A stretch of 64,000 nt of DNA from IMG/VR virus record IMGVR_UViG_3300042881_004206; one strand, 5' to 3'. Source of the stretch: a virus. Its lineage: Duplodnaviria > Caudoviricetes. The translations under genes were made by a program, and so were the position numbers. This document shows, one piece after another, positions 33,911 to 43,341 of this stretch (its first letter is position 1; every line of letters begins with the position of its first letter). Below the pieces are notes generated by a model. That model was given only the letters and a program-made list of their open reading frames with translations, searched no databases and was not told where the DNA came from.

Positions 33911-34402
33911 ATGATTAAAAAATTAATACACGCAATGATCGTGTTTACCATGATTTTCTCTCATGGTTTCACACACGCAAGTCTATCTGATATTTCATCA
34001 AAAGTGTCTAAAGAATTTCAAAATCAATTGATGTGTCTGGCTCGAAATATCTATTTTGAAGCTGCTATGGAATCTTTTGAAGGAAAACTGGCTGTCGCAC
34101 AAGTTACAATGAATCGCACTAGACACCCTAATTTTCCAAACACCGTTTGTGATGTTGTCTATCAAAAAATTAATGGTATTCACCAGTTTAGTTGGGTAGG
34201 TGAGGGCGTTAAGAAAATTGTAAACAGTCGAGCATGGGAAGACAGCCTATTAATTGCCAGGAAAGCCTTGACAGAACATAAAGTACATGATACACTCTAC
34301 AGAACAAAAGCAATGTATTTTCACAACACAACGGTAAATCCGGAATGGAATTTGAAATATGTTGTACAAATAGGTAATCATTTATTTTATGCGAGACACT
34401 AA
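33911..34402 (+). CDS. SleB/cell-wall hydrolase 2 family protein
   Basis: CLARNIYFEA...GKLAVAQVTMNR...CDVVYQ...QFSW...YFH...IGNHLFY. Confidence 0.92.
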   Translation: MIKKLIHAMIVFTMIFSHGFTHASLSDISSKVSKEFQNQLMCLARNIYFEAAMESFEGKLAVAQVTMNRTRHPNFPNTVCDVVYQKINGIHQFSWVGEGVKKIVNSRAWEDSLLIARKALTEHKVHDTLYRTKAMYFHNTTVNPEWNLKYVVQIGNHLFYARH

Positions 34403-34623
34403 TGCCCACCAAAAATGAAATCAGCGAATTCAGTCAATTGATTGAAACACTTGCACAAACAAAAAATATGCCTCACATGGATGCTATTTTGCATCACTGT
34501 GAACAAACTGGTATGGAGCTGGAACTTTGTGCCACACTCATTTCTTCTGCATTGAAAGCTAGGATTCGCGAGGAAGCGGAAGAACTCAATTTACTGAAGA
34601 GCAAATCTAAACTTCCTTTCTGA
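34402..34623 (+). CDS. 33: Late-transcription co-activator gp33
   Basis: F...IE.......MDAILHHCE....E.E....LIS..LKARI..EA..LNLL...LPF; precedes gp59. Confidence 0.85.
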   Translation: MPTKNEISEFSQLIETLAQTKNMPHMDAILHHCEQTGMELELCATLISSALKARIREEAEELNLLKSKSKLPF

Positions 34624-35234
34624 TGCAAGATACTACAGGATTTGCAGCCTATACTTTGTATCAGGCCTTAAAACTGCATTTTACTTCTGATTATGATTAC
34701 TTTAAGTACAATGGAAAAACCAATGTATCTAAAGATTCATTCATGCACAACAAAGCTAAATATTCATTTTACAAACTATCTAGAAAATATTCGCATGATG
34801 ATTTGAAAGATTTTTTTGTTGCAAATTTTATCGATAGAAATGTTTCTTGGGTTGGTGAAATAACTGGACCTGAAGGTGAAGAAACATACAAAAAATGGCA
34901 AAAAAGAATTCAGGGGTTGACATATCAATTTGAACAGAACATAATTCAATTAATGGACTCAGTATCTGATCCTAATGAACTACTGATTGTTAAAAATGGC
35001 CAGTATCCTAAACTACTTGTTCGAACACTTGAAAATGACATAACTATCGAAACTTTAGTTATACTGAACGACATAATGAATTTTTTTCCTATGTGGGAAA
35101 AGAAAATACAAGATACAATTGTTTGGCCAGATTATAGAAAGCGTATCGTAAAGTATTCACCATTTTTAATCTACGACAAAAAGAAATTCAAAAATATTCT
35201 ACTGGAAAGTATTAAAGAACATGAACAAACCTAA
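34623..35234 (+). CDS. 59: Helicase loader gp59
   Basis: YQALKLHF..DYDYFKYNGK...F.KLSRKY...FFVANF. Confidence 0.9.
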   Translation: MQDTTGFAAYTLYQALKLHFTSDYDYFKYNGKTNVSKDSFMHNKAKYSFYKLSRKYSHDDLKDFFVANFIDRNVSWVGEITGPEGEETYKKWQKRIQGLTYQFEQNIIQLMDSVSDPNELLIVKNGQYPKLLVRTLENDITIETLVILNDIMNFFPMWEKKIQDTIVWPDYRKRIVKYSPFLIYDKKKFKNILLESIKEHEQT

Positions 35235-35712
35235 AATTTCAGTCATTTATTTGGACATGGACGGTGTTATCGCAAATTTTATTAAGCGGTATGAAGAATT
35301 GTTTGGTATGAAACCGGAAAGAGCAGATAAATCTGGCAAGTTCAATCGACAATTTGATATGTTCATACATGAGAAAAACTTTCAGACACTGGATTTGATG
35401 CCTGATGCATCTAAACTTTTAGAGTTTCTCCGAAAGGCACCTGTACCTACTCAAATTTTATCTTCTACGGCTCGTGAGGATAGACATGATGAAATTTCAA
35501 AACAAAAAATGGTTTGGCTGCAAACTCATGGTATTACATTTAAACCTAATTTTGTTCCAGGTAAGAAACTGAAAAAGAATTTTGCGAAACCTGACGCATT
35601 AATTATTGATGATACTGAAAGTATTATAGATGATTGGCGAAATGCTGGTGGAATTGCAATTTGGCACAAAGATGCAGAAACCACTATAACACAACTCAAA
35701 ATGTACATTTGA
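35221..35712 (+). CDS. HAD-family 5'(3')-deoxyribonucleotidase
   Basis: YLDMDGVIA, ILSS, K..W, LIIDD...W..AGGIAI. Confidence 0.9.
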   Translation: MNKPKISVIYLDMDGVIANFIKRYEELFGMKPERADKSGKFNRQFDMFIHEKNFQTLDLMPDASKLLEFLRKAPVPTQILSSTAREDRHDEISKQKMVWLQTHGITFKPNFVPGKKLKKNFAKPDALIIDDTESIIDDWRNAGGIAIWHKDAETTITQLKMYI

Positions 35713-35717
35713 ATGTG

Positions 35718-35725
35718 CATAAATA
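35718..35725 (+). promoter_or_regulatory. T4-type late promoter CATAAATA
   Basis: 30 nt upstream of ORF 35756. Confidence 0.55.
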
Positions 35726-35755
35726 AGGTATTAGAACTTTTATTTTAGACTAAAA

Positions 35756-35953
35756 ATGCTTAATCCTATTGACGCAGCAATCGAAGCAGTAGTCGCATCA
35801 AAAATTGGTAAAGACCACCCTTCAGCCGGAGAACTGGTTTCTCGGTATAAAGGTGTTGCTGCATCCTTACAATGCAATGGTTCCAGAATGGATCTGGAAC
35901 AATTTCAAAAAATGATGCAGGATTTGATGCAAGAACTACATTCAATTAGATAA
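35756..35953 (+). CDS. Hypothetical protein
   Basis: ORF after late promoter. Confidence 0.55.
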   Translation: MLNPIDAAIEAVVASKIGKDHPSAGELVSRYKGVAASLQCNGSRMDLEQFQKMMQDLMQELHSIR

Positions 35954-35971
35954 AATATACCGTTTTAATTG

Positions 35972-36000
35972 TTGACATAGGATAAAACCTATGTTATACT
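35972..36000 (+). promoter_or_regulatory. sigma70 promoter TTGACA-17-TATACT for gp32
   Basis: Direct motif match. Confidence 0.85.
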
Positions 36001-36064
36001 AAGATTTCGTTATGAATAATGTGGATAATCCGTTTATACTCCGTTTATACAAGAAAGGTAATTT

Positions 36065-36937
36065 ATGAGCTCATTTGCAAACCTCAAACGCCAATCTGGC
36101 AACCTCGATAAGCTGACCAAAGCAATCGAAGCCCTTAACTCCTCAGAGGGCACAGAGAGTCGAGATAATTTCTGGCGCCCCGAAGTCGATAAAGCCGGTA
36201 ACGGTATGGCGACCATTCGTTTTCTTCCTGCATCACCTGGCGATGGTGATGATTCTCTACCTTGGGTCAAGGTATTCTCTCATGGTTTCCAGGGTCCTGG
36301 TGGCTGGTTGATTGATAACTGCCTGACAACCAAGAGCCAACAATGTCCTGTGTGTGAACACAATAACAAGTTGTGGAACTCAGGTATTGAAGCCAACAAG
36401 GAAATCGTCCGTAAACAAAAGCGTAAGCTAAACTACATTGCTAATGTGTATATTGTTTCGGATCCTAAGCATCCCGAGAACGAAGGGCAAGTTAAACTGT
36501 TCAAGTTCGGTAAGAAAATCTTTGATAAGATTACTGAAGCAATGAATCCTGCTTTCGAAGATGAAACTGCAATTAATCCTTTTGATTTCTGGAAAGGTGC
36601 AAACTTCAAGCTGAAGATTCGTAAGGTAGAAGGTTATCAGAATTACGATAAGTCTGAATTCGAATCGCCTTCCGCATTGTCTAATGATGATGACGAACTT
36701 GAAAAAATCTGGAAGCAAGAACATACTCTCAAGGATCTTGTTGCTGACAAGGAATTCAAGTCTTATGATGAACTAAAGACTCGTCTTGATAAAGTTCTTG
36801 GTCTGAATGGTGAAACTGCACCAGTTAAGACTACTGTTGAACAACTGAAGTCTGCTCCAAAGAAAGATGTTGAACCTCCTTGGGAAGATTCATCTGATGA
36901 AGATATGGCTTACTTTAGTAAGTTGGCAGAAGAATAA
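36065..36937 (+). CDS. 32: Single-stranded DNA-binding protein gp32
   Basis: FWRPEVDKAGNG.A.IRFLP, HGFQGPGGW, CPVCE, GANFKLKIRKV.GY.NYD; acidic tail. Confidence 0.97.
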   Translation: MSSFANLKRQSGNLDKLTKAIEALNSSEGTESRDNFWRPEVDKAGNGMATIRFLPASPGDGDDSLPWVKVFSHGFQGPGGWLIDNCLTTKSQQCPVCEHNNKLWNSGIEANKEIVRKQKRKLNYIANVYIVSDPKHPENEGQVKLFKFGKKIFDKITEAMNPAFEDETAINPFDFWKGANFKLKIRKVEGYQNYDKSEFESPSALSNDDDELEKIWKQEHTLKDLVADKEFKSYDELKTRLDKVLGLNGETAPVKTTVEQLKSAPKKDVEPPWEDSSDEDMAYFSKLAEE

Positions 36938-36961
36938 GGCCGTGTGAAGGCCGTGCCTAGA

Positions 36962-36983
36962 CCCCGCTTCGGCGGGGTTTTTT
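36962..36983 (+). terminator. Intrinsic terminator, cUUCGg hairpin at strand convergence
   Basis: CCCCGC-TTCG-GCGGGG followed by T6. Confidence 0.92.
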
Positions 36984-36988
36984 ATTGG

Positions 36989-38290
36989 TTAAACTACTCT
37001 TGTTGAATAGTAAATCATTCTTTGAAATGTTTCTTCTGGATTTCGAACAGATATTTTATCCAGTTTCGAAATGATCATTGATTGGTTCTTTTGTGTCTGT
37101 GAAACATTTGTCAAATTATTAACAGGAGCGGCCGCTGGTGCCTTTGGAAGATTTAATGTTTGATTTTCTTTGACAACACTTTCAAGTTGTTGCGGTCCCA
37201 TTCTTGGCATGATTGGTGGTTCTGCTGGTGTAGTGGGTAATGCCGGCACATTAATAGGTCTGAGCATACCTTTTGGATTTGCAGTTAACCATTCTTGCAA
37301 TTCTTTACGAGTTTTTCCGGTTTCTTGTACAAGTTCTTGGTCGTTGAGGTTGCTACCTATTAATTCTCTTACATAACTTGCCGACATATCTCTTACCGCA
37401 CGTCTGCGAAGTTGTTCACCACCTTGTTTTTCACTCTTTGCTTGTCCTCTCAGTTGTAGTGCATATGCATCATTATCAAACTTTGGATTGAAAGGATCAG
37501 CTTCTATTTGTTTTCTTTTTTCACCCGTAAAAGATACGAATCCCAATAATGCTGCGGCAAAAGCTGCAGGACCAGCTGCAGTACCAACTAACGCCTTTAA
37601 AGGTAGTGCAGACAATATATTTTTTGCGAATCCACCCAATAGACTCACAAATGGTTTTAAACCCATCAACCAATCTAAAGACTTTTCTATCATCACTTGA
37701 ACTAAACCTTTGAACGATTCGAACATTTTTCTGATCGTTTCTAAAATTGAACCGAAAAGTGAACCATCATTTTCTTTTGGTTGTTTATTGATAGTGCCTG
37801 TACCGACTCCTGTAATCGCTTTGATTAATTCTTTATGTCTTTTTTCTTTTTCTAAGTCTTCTTCCTCACGGCGATTGTTTAATAGTTCATATCTATTTTT
37901 TTCATTTTCATGATTAGACTTCAAGAAATTAAAAATATCAGTCAATATTCCCAGAGTAGAACCACCATCACCTCTAGGCAAAGCGCCAATTCTGTCGGCA
38001 GTTGTATTTCTACCAATAGGTCTTGCAGTGCCAGCAAAATACTGAATGTCTCTTTGACTTCTACCTAACATTCTACCCAATAACGCCGGCGCAAGATTTG
38101 ATCCACCAGTTAAAAATTTTGCAATATTTAAAGGATCAAATTTTTCTTTTATTCTAGTCAATCTCGCAACAGACTTTTGACTAATTCCTTTTGTAAATGC
38201 ACCAGAATAAGATTCGCCAGCAACAAGATTAGCTGCTATAACATCAGCAAGCGATCTGTTTCTTATATTTCTTGCTATTTGATAGTCCAT
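36989..38290 (-). CDS. Tape-measure/baseplate-hub-like protein (gp29-like position)
   Basis: Helical, with a hydrophobic central segment; downstream of gp26/gp51; family not firmly recognised. Confidence 0.55.
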   Translation of the reverse strand: MDYQIARNIRNRSLADVIAANLVAGESYSGAFTKGISQKSVARLTRIKEKFDPLNIAKFLTGGSNLAPALLGRMLGRSQRDIQYFAGTARPIGRNTTADRIGALPRGDGGSTLGILTDIFNFLKSNHENEKNRYELLNNRREEEDLEKEKRHKELIKAITGVGTGTINKQPKENDGSLFGSILETIRKMFESFKGLVQVMIEKSLDWLMGLKPFVSLLGGFAKNILSALPLKALVGTAAGPAAFAAALLGFVSFTGEKRKQIEADPFNPKFDNDAYALQLRGQAKSEKQGGEQLRRRAVRDMSASYVRELIGSNLNDQELVQETGKTRKELQEWLTANPKGMLRPINVPALPTTPAEPPIMPRMGPQQLESVVKENQTLNLPKAPAAAPVNNLTNVSQTQKNQSMIISKLDKISVRNPEETFQRMIYYSTRVV

Positions 38291-39651
38291 TATTGTCTCG
38301 ATTTTCTAATTAGTGGTGGTGTGATTTCTTCTACCTTTTTGGTATCTATCTGTGGCGATTGTGATGTTTGTGCAACATTGTTTATGTTATTGATTATGTT
38401 GCCGGCCGTTTCATTCATTTCGCGCTTCAAGTTTTTATTTTCTTTTGACAAAGAATCTACAGGTAGATTTGGTGCATTTATTCTCGGTTCTTGTATTGGT
38501 ATATTCTTTAAACCATTTTTAATAGATTCGGCATTTTCTTTGGCCCTACCTTTTACCTGTGTGGCATAAACGGAAGAAAGTATATTTTTTGATGCTTCAT
38601 CCAACTGAAGATTTTCTAACTGCTTCATTAAAATTGGCCAATTTTTATACCAATTGACGCCCATGTTATATGTCATATCAACAAGAGCTGTTTGTGCTTG
38701 AAGATTCAATTTATCAAAATTTGGAATTTTTCTTGCATTTTCCTCATATTTCGGATAATCCTGTTTTAAGAGTTCATATGCATCTTCTTTAGAAATAACT
38801 GTGTCTTTTCCTCTTTCACCTAACACAGGAATTTTTTTATTGCCTGCCATGATGTAACCATTTTTTATTTCATTTTCCGTAATTTGATGACCATAACCAA
38901 CAGAATATAATTTTCTAGGATCACCTTTCTTCGGATCTAGATAAGATTTACCCGCAAAGCCCTCTTTGGATGATATTCTTGCAAGTGCTTCTTTTTGTAA
39001 TGAAGCTGCAGTCACGGCTGTTCCGACCGCAATAGATGGAACTATTGGTGGTTTAGATACTGCAACTGGTGGTTTTGTTGGTGTTGCCGGTGGTGCAGGC
39101 GGTTTAGTCGGTGCAACCGGTGGTTTTGGTGCCGCCACAGGTGGTGCCGGTGCGGCCGGCGGTCTAGTTGCAACAGGAGGCTTGGTTGTTGTCACCGGTG
39201 GGGTTGTGGTGGTAACAGGAGGCTTGGTTGTTGTCACCGGTGGGGTTGTGGTGGTAACAGGAGGCTTGGTTGCAACAGGCGGTAATGTGGTAACTTCCGT
39301 AGGTTTTTTTAATTCTTTTGGAGGTTTTTCGCCCTTAGATTCTTTTGGTATTTCTTTGATTACTTTTTCAGGCTTAACTTTTTTCAGTTTTTGGCCAGTC
39401 AGAGCTTTAATTAGTTCGCGATTTCTTTTGTTTTCTCTTAAACCATCCAATTTTAAACTAAGATTTTCTATTTCACTCCTGACTTTTCTTTCTTCTTCCA
39501 GTCTGACCATAATTTTAAAAATTTCACCTAGAGCTGTTCTGGATGTTTTAAACTGAACACCAGTGGATTCAGCATCAACTGAACCTAAACTGAAAAGTGA
39601 AGACACCTTGTTCTTTAACTTTTCCGAAATACTTAGTTTTTCTTTTTCCAT
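38290..39651 (-). CDS. Tail-associated lysozyme: coiled coil, Pro/Thr linker, GH24 (T4-lysozyme-like) domain
   Basis: KEGF...YLD...SVGYGHQI (E-x8-D pattern) and ALVDMTYNMG. Confidence 0.82.
   Translation of the reverse strand: MEKEKLSISEKLKNKVSSLFSLGSVDAESTGVQFKTSRTALGEIFKIMVRLEEERKVRSEIENLSLKLDGLRENKRNRELIKALTGQKLKKVKPEKVIKEIPKESKGEKPPKELKKPTEVTTLPPVATKPPVTTTTPPVTTTKPPVTTTTPPVTTTKPPVATRPPAAPAPPVAAPKPPVAPTKPPAPPATPTKPPVAVSKPPIVPSIAVGTAVTAASLQKEALARISSKEGFAGKSYLDPKKGDPRKLYSVGYGHQITENEIKNGYIMAGNKKIPVLGERGKDTVISKEDAYELLKQDYPKYEENARKIPNFDKLNLQAQTALVDMTYNMGVNWYKNWPILMKQLENLQLDEASKNILSSVYATQVKGRAKENAESIKNGLKNIPIQEPRINAPNLPVDSLSKENKNLKREMNETAGNIINNINNVAQTSQSPQIDTKKVEEITPPLIRKSRQ
39172..39272. repeat. 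42-bp tandem repeat, about 2.4 copies, encoding the PVTTTTPPVTTTKP linker
   Basis: Units start at 39172, 39214 and 39256. Confidence 0.9.
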
Positions 39652-39840
39652 TTATGATCGTCTTAGTTCTTTTAATTTTTGATTTTCTTCCTCAATATAT
39701 TGTATCAACATGGAAATATAAATGTCTCTTTCCCACGGCATCATATTCTCAAGTTCCGTAAGGCTGTATTTGTGGTGTTGCACCAAAGAGAAATTAGTTT
39801 TGTAGTAATTTCTCAAATCATCATGACGAAATGTTAACCG
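39652..39840 (-). CDS. 51: gp51-like baseplate hub assembly protein; no in-frame ATG before the conserved N-part, probably the -1 frameshift extension of gp26
   Basis: Translated by hand: RLTFRHDDLRNYYKTNFSLVQHHKYSLTELENMMPWERDIYISMLIQYIEEENQKLKELRRS. Confidence 0.85.
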   Translation of the reverse strand, partial: RLTFRHDDLRNYYKTNFSLVQHHKYSLTELENMMPWERDIYISMLIQYIEEENQKLKELRRS

Positions 39841-40559
39841 AAAAAACTTTCTAGGCCTTCCACATCAATTTTATGTTCGAAACCACATTTGCCACATTTC
39901 ATTTCAATTTTATCTCTTAACTTTGGTAGATTGCCAAAAAATTCTTCTACTTTCTCAAACTGTTGTTGATTCATCGACTCTATAAATTCAATCAATTCTT
40001 TTTCTGTAGATTCTTTTGCATAGTAAAATTGTTCACCATCATAAATGTACTCAATACTGTGTGCAATCATACTGAATGTCATTTCACCGGCATTTTCATA
40101 TTTTAATGAGTCTTTAATTTTACCAAATTCTGGATATTTAAACTTGACAGTCAACTTTTCATTCAATTGAATTTCTGGTTTAATCTCAGAATTAATTTCA
40201 ACTTTTAAATTTAAAAGATTTAATTGATTGTCCATGATGTTATTACATTCTTTTCCTTCAACAAAGTTGTTGCATCTATATTTTGATTCAACAACTTCAC
40301 CAACAGACTTTGCCCTCAGGTGAATGAAAAGATATTCTACATCGATTACGGGCAGTTCATCAACCTTTATATTTTTTGTCAGAATACAGTTTACTAAAAC
40401 ATCTTTGATTGCTCTATGAACTTCTTCCGTTTCATTAGATTCCATTGCCATCAAAAGATTTCTTTGTTCTTTAACAAGAAATGGTCTATATTTAATCTTT
40501 TTCTTGGAAACTGGTAATGTCAATTCATAGGTTGGTGTATCAATTTTGGGCAAAGCCAT
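39834..40559 (-). CDS. 26: Baseplate hub assembly protein gp26
   Basis: MALPKIDTPTYEL.LP...IKYRPFLVKE...D.EYLF..LRAKSVGE...EGLESFF. Confidence 0.92.
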   Translation of the reverse strand: MALPKIDTPTYELTLPVSKKKIKYRPFLVKEQRNLLMAMESNETEEVHRAIKDVLVNCILTKNIKVDELPVIDVEYLFIHLRAKSVGEVVESKYRCNNFVEGKECNNIMDNQLNLLNLKVEINSEIKPEIQLNEKLTVKFKYPEFGKIKDSLKYENAGEMTFSMIAHSIEYIYDGEQFYYAKESTEKELIEFIESMNQQQFEKVEEFFGNLPKLRDKIEMKCGKCGFEHKIDVEGLESFFG

Positions 40560-40569
40560 AATAACTCCT

Positions 40570-41220
40570 TCATGTAAAATTCAATAAAATATTATTTGTT
40601 AGTCCTCTATAATTTTTCCAATATGTGTAGGCAAAAGTCACAGTTATCTTATGATAACCATCGTTACCCCAATCCAGATCCATTTGATTGATCGAAATTG
40701 GAAAAGCTTCATACAATTCTACAGTATATGAAGGAAAATCATTTACATCATACTGATTGATTGTTAATGTTGTTTGATATTGATCTCTGTATCTAAAATT
40801 ATTTGTGTCTGAAGGATTGATATATTCGATCCAATCGTCAAATAAGAATTTTTCTTCCATCTTATCTGAGACAATGAAAGTTAAGTCAATATCATTATAT
40901 GTTGTAAGATATGGGTGCTTTTCAATGGGACCATATATTCTCTGATCAGCTGTCGCTAAATTTCGGCCAGGTAAGTTTGCATTTTCGCATCGAAAGATTA
41001 AACTTCTAATTGTCGAATATCTGGTAAGTCTTTCTGCGGTGACCGTAAAAGATTGTTCAGTACCAGATACTAATGATTCGGCCGCACCAGATGGTGTTTC
41101 ACTCGTATTAAACAAGTTGCCATTCAAAAATCCGCTAGGAATAGGCACCATGACATTAAATCTACTTGTTCTTGCCAAGTCGGTTCTAAAACTGGATTTG
41201 AAGTCATTTAAACTAGGCAT
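40570..41220 (-). CDS. Tail-tube-fold baseplate protein (gp54/gp19-like)
   Basis: LARTSRF.V, CENANLPG, I.LTFI, I.QYD, YTVELYEAFP..I, V.F.Y. Confidence 0.8.
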   Translation of the reverse strand: MPSLNDFKSSFRTDLARTSRFNVMVPIPSGFLNGNLFNTSETPSGAAESLVSGTEQSFTVTAERLTRYSTIRSLIFRCENANLPGRNLATADQRIYGPIEKHPYLTTYNDIDLTFIVSDKMEEKFLFDDWIEYINPSDTNNFRYRDQYQTTLTINQYDVNDFPSYTVELYEAFPISINQMDLDWGNDGYHKITVTFAYTYWKNYRGLTNNILLNFT

Positions 41221-41826
41221 TTAAGATTTCCTTATCTCCTGTAGAGAATCTCGCCAAACTTCATTTGGCTTTGCTTTTCTGAATTGTTGCACTGGCAAAT
41301 ATGTCGCAATATCCCACTCATTAGGTTGTACCGCCAAAATCCTTGACCTTATTTGTGGATATAGGTATCTTTTTAGACAAGGTTTATATTCTCTAAATCT
41401 CCTGGTGGAATTCAGTATCTCATAGGTGATTCTTATTCTCTTTAACTCGTCCTGGTCGGTGTAGATTGCACCAAAACCAATTAATTTTTTCAGGAGTGCA
41501 ACTCTATACTTGACGGGCAAATAGTGTAGGTTTAGTCCCAGGAATCCGTCAGTGTATCTTTCCAATATCAAAACCAATGGGAAAGTATCATAATATGGTA
41601 AATCATCCTTGTTTTTTGGGTTATAATAGAAAAAATATAAACCACCCATTAGAAATCTGCGTGTATATCTATTTTTTTCCGATCTAATTTGAGCCGGAAC
41701 TGCACGTATATTCTTTATCTCAGCTATTCTTTGAACTAACCATTGTACAGCTTGACGGCTGAGCGTTTGCATTTCAGCTGCCGTTTTTTCGCGTTCTAGT
41801 AGTGTGAGATGAGATTCTTTTGCCAT
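41221..41826 (-). CDS. 2: DNA end protector gp2
   Basis: YFFYYNPK.K..LPYYD.FPLV...GFLGLNLHYLP...CLKRYL. Confidence 0.92.
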   Translation of the reverse strand: MAKESHLTLLEREKTAAEMQTLSRQAVQWLVQRIAEIKNIRAVPAQIRSEKNRYTRRFLMGGLYFFYYNPKNKDDLPYYDTFPLVLILERYTDGFLGLNLHYLPVKYRVALLKKLIGFGAIYTDQDELKRIRITYEILNSTRRFREYKPCLKRYLYPQIRSRILAVQPNEWDIATYLPVQQFRKAKPNEVWRDSLQEIRKS

Positions 41827-41830
41827 ATTC

Positions 41831-41838
41831 TATTTATT
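41831..41838 (-). promoter_or_regulatory. Late promoter AATAAATA for gp2
   Basis: Reverse complement of tatttatt. Confidence 0.6.
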
Positions 41839-42271
41839 TCAATCCTAAATGTTCTTCAGTTATTACTTTGAATTCCCAACCCCGGTCTAAACAATACTCA
41901 TTGGCAGCTTTCCATTTTGCCTGATTCACGCCCCATGTTGCAACTTCTTGAATGTACTGTTTTGTGACCCTTTTCTTCTTTTCTGGTGGCTGAGCTTGTT
42001 TTTTTGGTTTTACTTCCAACATCATTGTTTTCAAAATACCATCTCTAGTTCGAAATTTAACTAAAAAGTCAGGGAAATAACGATGCCACTTACCATCAAC
42101 TGGTGATTTATAAGGAATGGTCATTTCTTCAGATGCCCAAGATATAATTTGTGGATTTTTGTCGAGCCAATTCATCACTCGACATTCCCAACTCGAGCGA
42201 TATACAATATTTTTATGATCCCCAATGTATTTTTGAGGATTTGTTGGTCGAAATAAACCTGAATAAGCCAT
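41834..42271 (-). CDS. 4: Head completion nuclease gp4
   Basis: MAYSG.F.P.NP.KY.GD...IVYRSSWE...WASEE..IPY...HRYFPDF...EVKPKKQ. Confidence 0.95.
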   Translation of the reverse strand: MAYSGLFRPTNPQKYIGDHKNIVYRSSWECRVMNWLDKNPQIISWASEEMTIPYKSPVDGKWHRYFPDFLVKFRTRDGILKTMMLEVKPKKQAQPPEKKKRVTKQYIQEVATWGVNQAKWKAANEYCLDRGWEFKVITEEHLGLK

Positions 42272-42278
42272 ATAAATA
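42271..42278 (+). promoter_or_regulatory. T4 late promoter TATAAATA
   Basis: Perfect consensus at the gp4/gp48 divergence. Confidence 0.85.
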
Positions 42279-42305
42279 GTATGTATATCTGTTTCCGGAA
42301 AAACC

Positions 42306-43340
42306 ATGGCCATAACAATAACACTACCAAGTTCTCTCGGAGGAATTATTGGACCAACTGAAACAATCGGTGGTCCTCTATCTTCCTTATACGAATCTCA
42401 ATATGATGTTGCAAATTTGCATTATCCGAGAAACTTAGGTGCAACAAATAGAGGTCACTCCGTTCTTTTTACCATTCAGAAGGTAAAAGAAGTAACCTTG
42501 GAAGAAGGTGCTCAAGGAATTACGGACTTATTTAATAATCAGTATATAACTGGATATGATCCAATAAGTGGTCTTCCGACGACTTATGATAAAATATTTG
42601 ACACAAACTTTTCTCTTTCTGACACACTAAGTGGTTTTACGAATTTTTTTGGTGGTAATACAACCACATCCTTAAATTCTTCACAAATCACTAGTTTCAT
42701 TAGAAATACTGGAACATCGATTGGCACCAAACTACAGAGTGCTCTGAAACAGAGAACTGAACTGGCTGGCCAGATTGAATTATACATGCCCGAAAACTTG
42801 AATTTTAGTTATGATGCACAATACAATTCACTTTCTTTAATTGAGGCTGCAGCTTCAATACCTCTGGTTGGTAAACTGGCTTCAGGTATAAATTCAATAA
42901 TGCAGAATAGTGCTGCAAAATTGGTACTAAACAGAGCTGGATATGTCTTTAACCCACAGCAACAGTTGTTATTTGAGGGTATTGATTTCAGAACATACCA
43001 AATGTCGTTTACTTTTTCTCCTGTTTCGCGAGAAGAAGCAAACATGGTGAAAAAAATTATTAGAGAATTTAGAAGATATGCTGCACCATCAATTGTAAGA
43101 GAAGCTGCAGGTATGTTTTTTGTTCCTCCTGCAATATTTGAGTTACAGTTTAAATATAATGGTCAAGAAAATAAAAATTTAAACAAAATTGAAAAGAGTG
43201 TAATTACAAATATTGAAGTAAATTATGCACCAAACGGCTGGGCCGCACACAATGATGGCGCACCAGTTCAAACTACAATGACACTATCATTCAAAGAAAT
43301 CGCACTCATTGACAGAGCTAAGATCGAAGAAGGTTTCTAA
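42306..43340 (+). CDS. 48: Baseplate tail-tube cap gp48
   Basis: I.LYMP, FNP..QLLFEG.DFRT....F.F.P....EA..V..II..F, Q..MTLSF.E. Confidence 0.88.
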   Translation: MAITITLPSSLGGIIGPTETIGGPLSSLYESQYDVANLHYPRNLGATNRGHSVLFTIQKVKEVTLEEGAQGITDLFNNQYITGYDPISGLPTTYDKIFDTNFSLSDTLSGFTNFFGGNTTTSLNSSQITSFIRNTGTSIGTKLQSALKQRTELAGQIELYMPENLNFSYDAQYNSLSLIEAAASIPLVGKLASGINSIMQNSAAKLVLNRAGYVFNPQQQLLFEGIDFRTYQMSFTFSPVSREEANMVKKIIREFRRYAAPSIVREAAGMFFVPPAIFELQFKYNGQENKNLNKIEKSVITNIEVNYAPNGWAAHNDGAPVQTTMTLSFKEIALIDRAKIEEGF

Positions 43341-43341
43341 A

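Noticed and set aside
38966-39556. 196-aa plus-strand Gly/Val-rich ORF
   Set aside because: Antisense shadow of the Pro/Thr repeat linker, whose codons lack reverse-strand stops.
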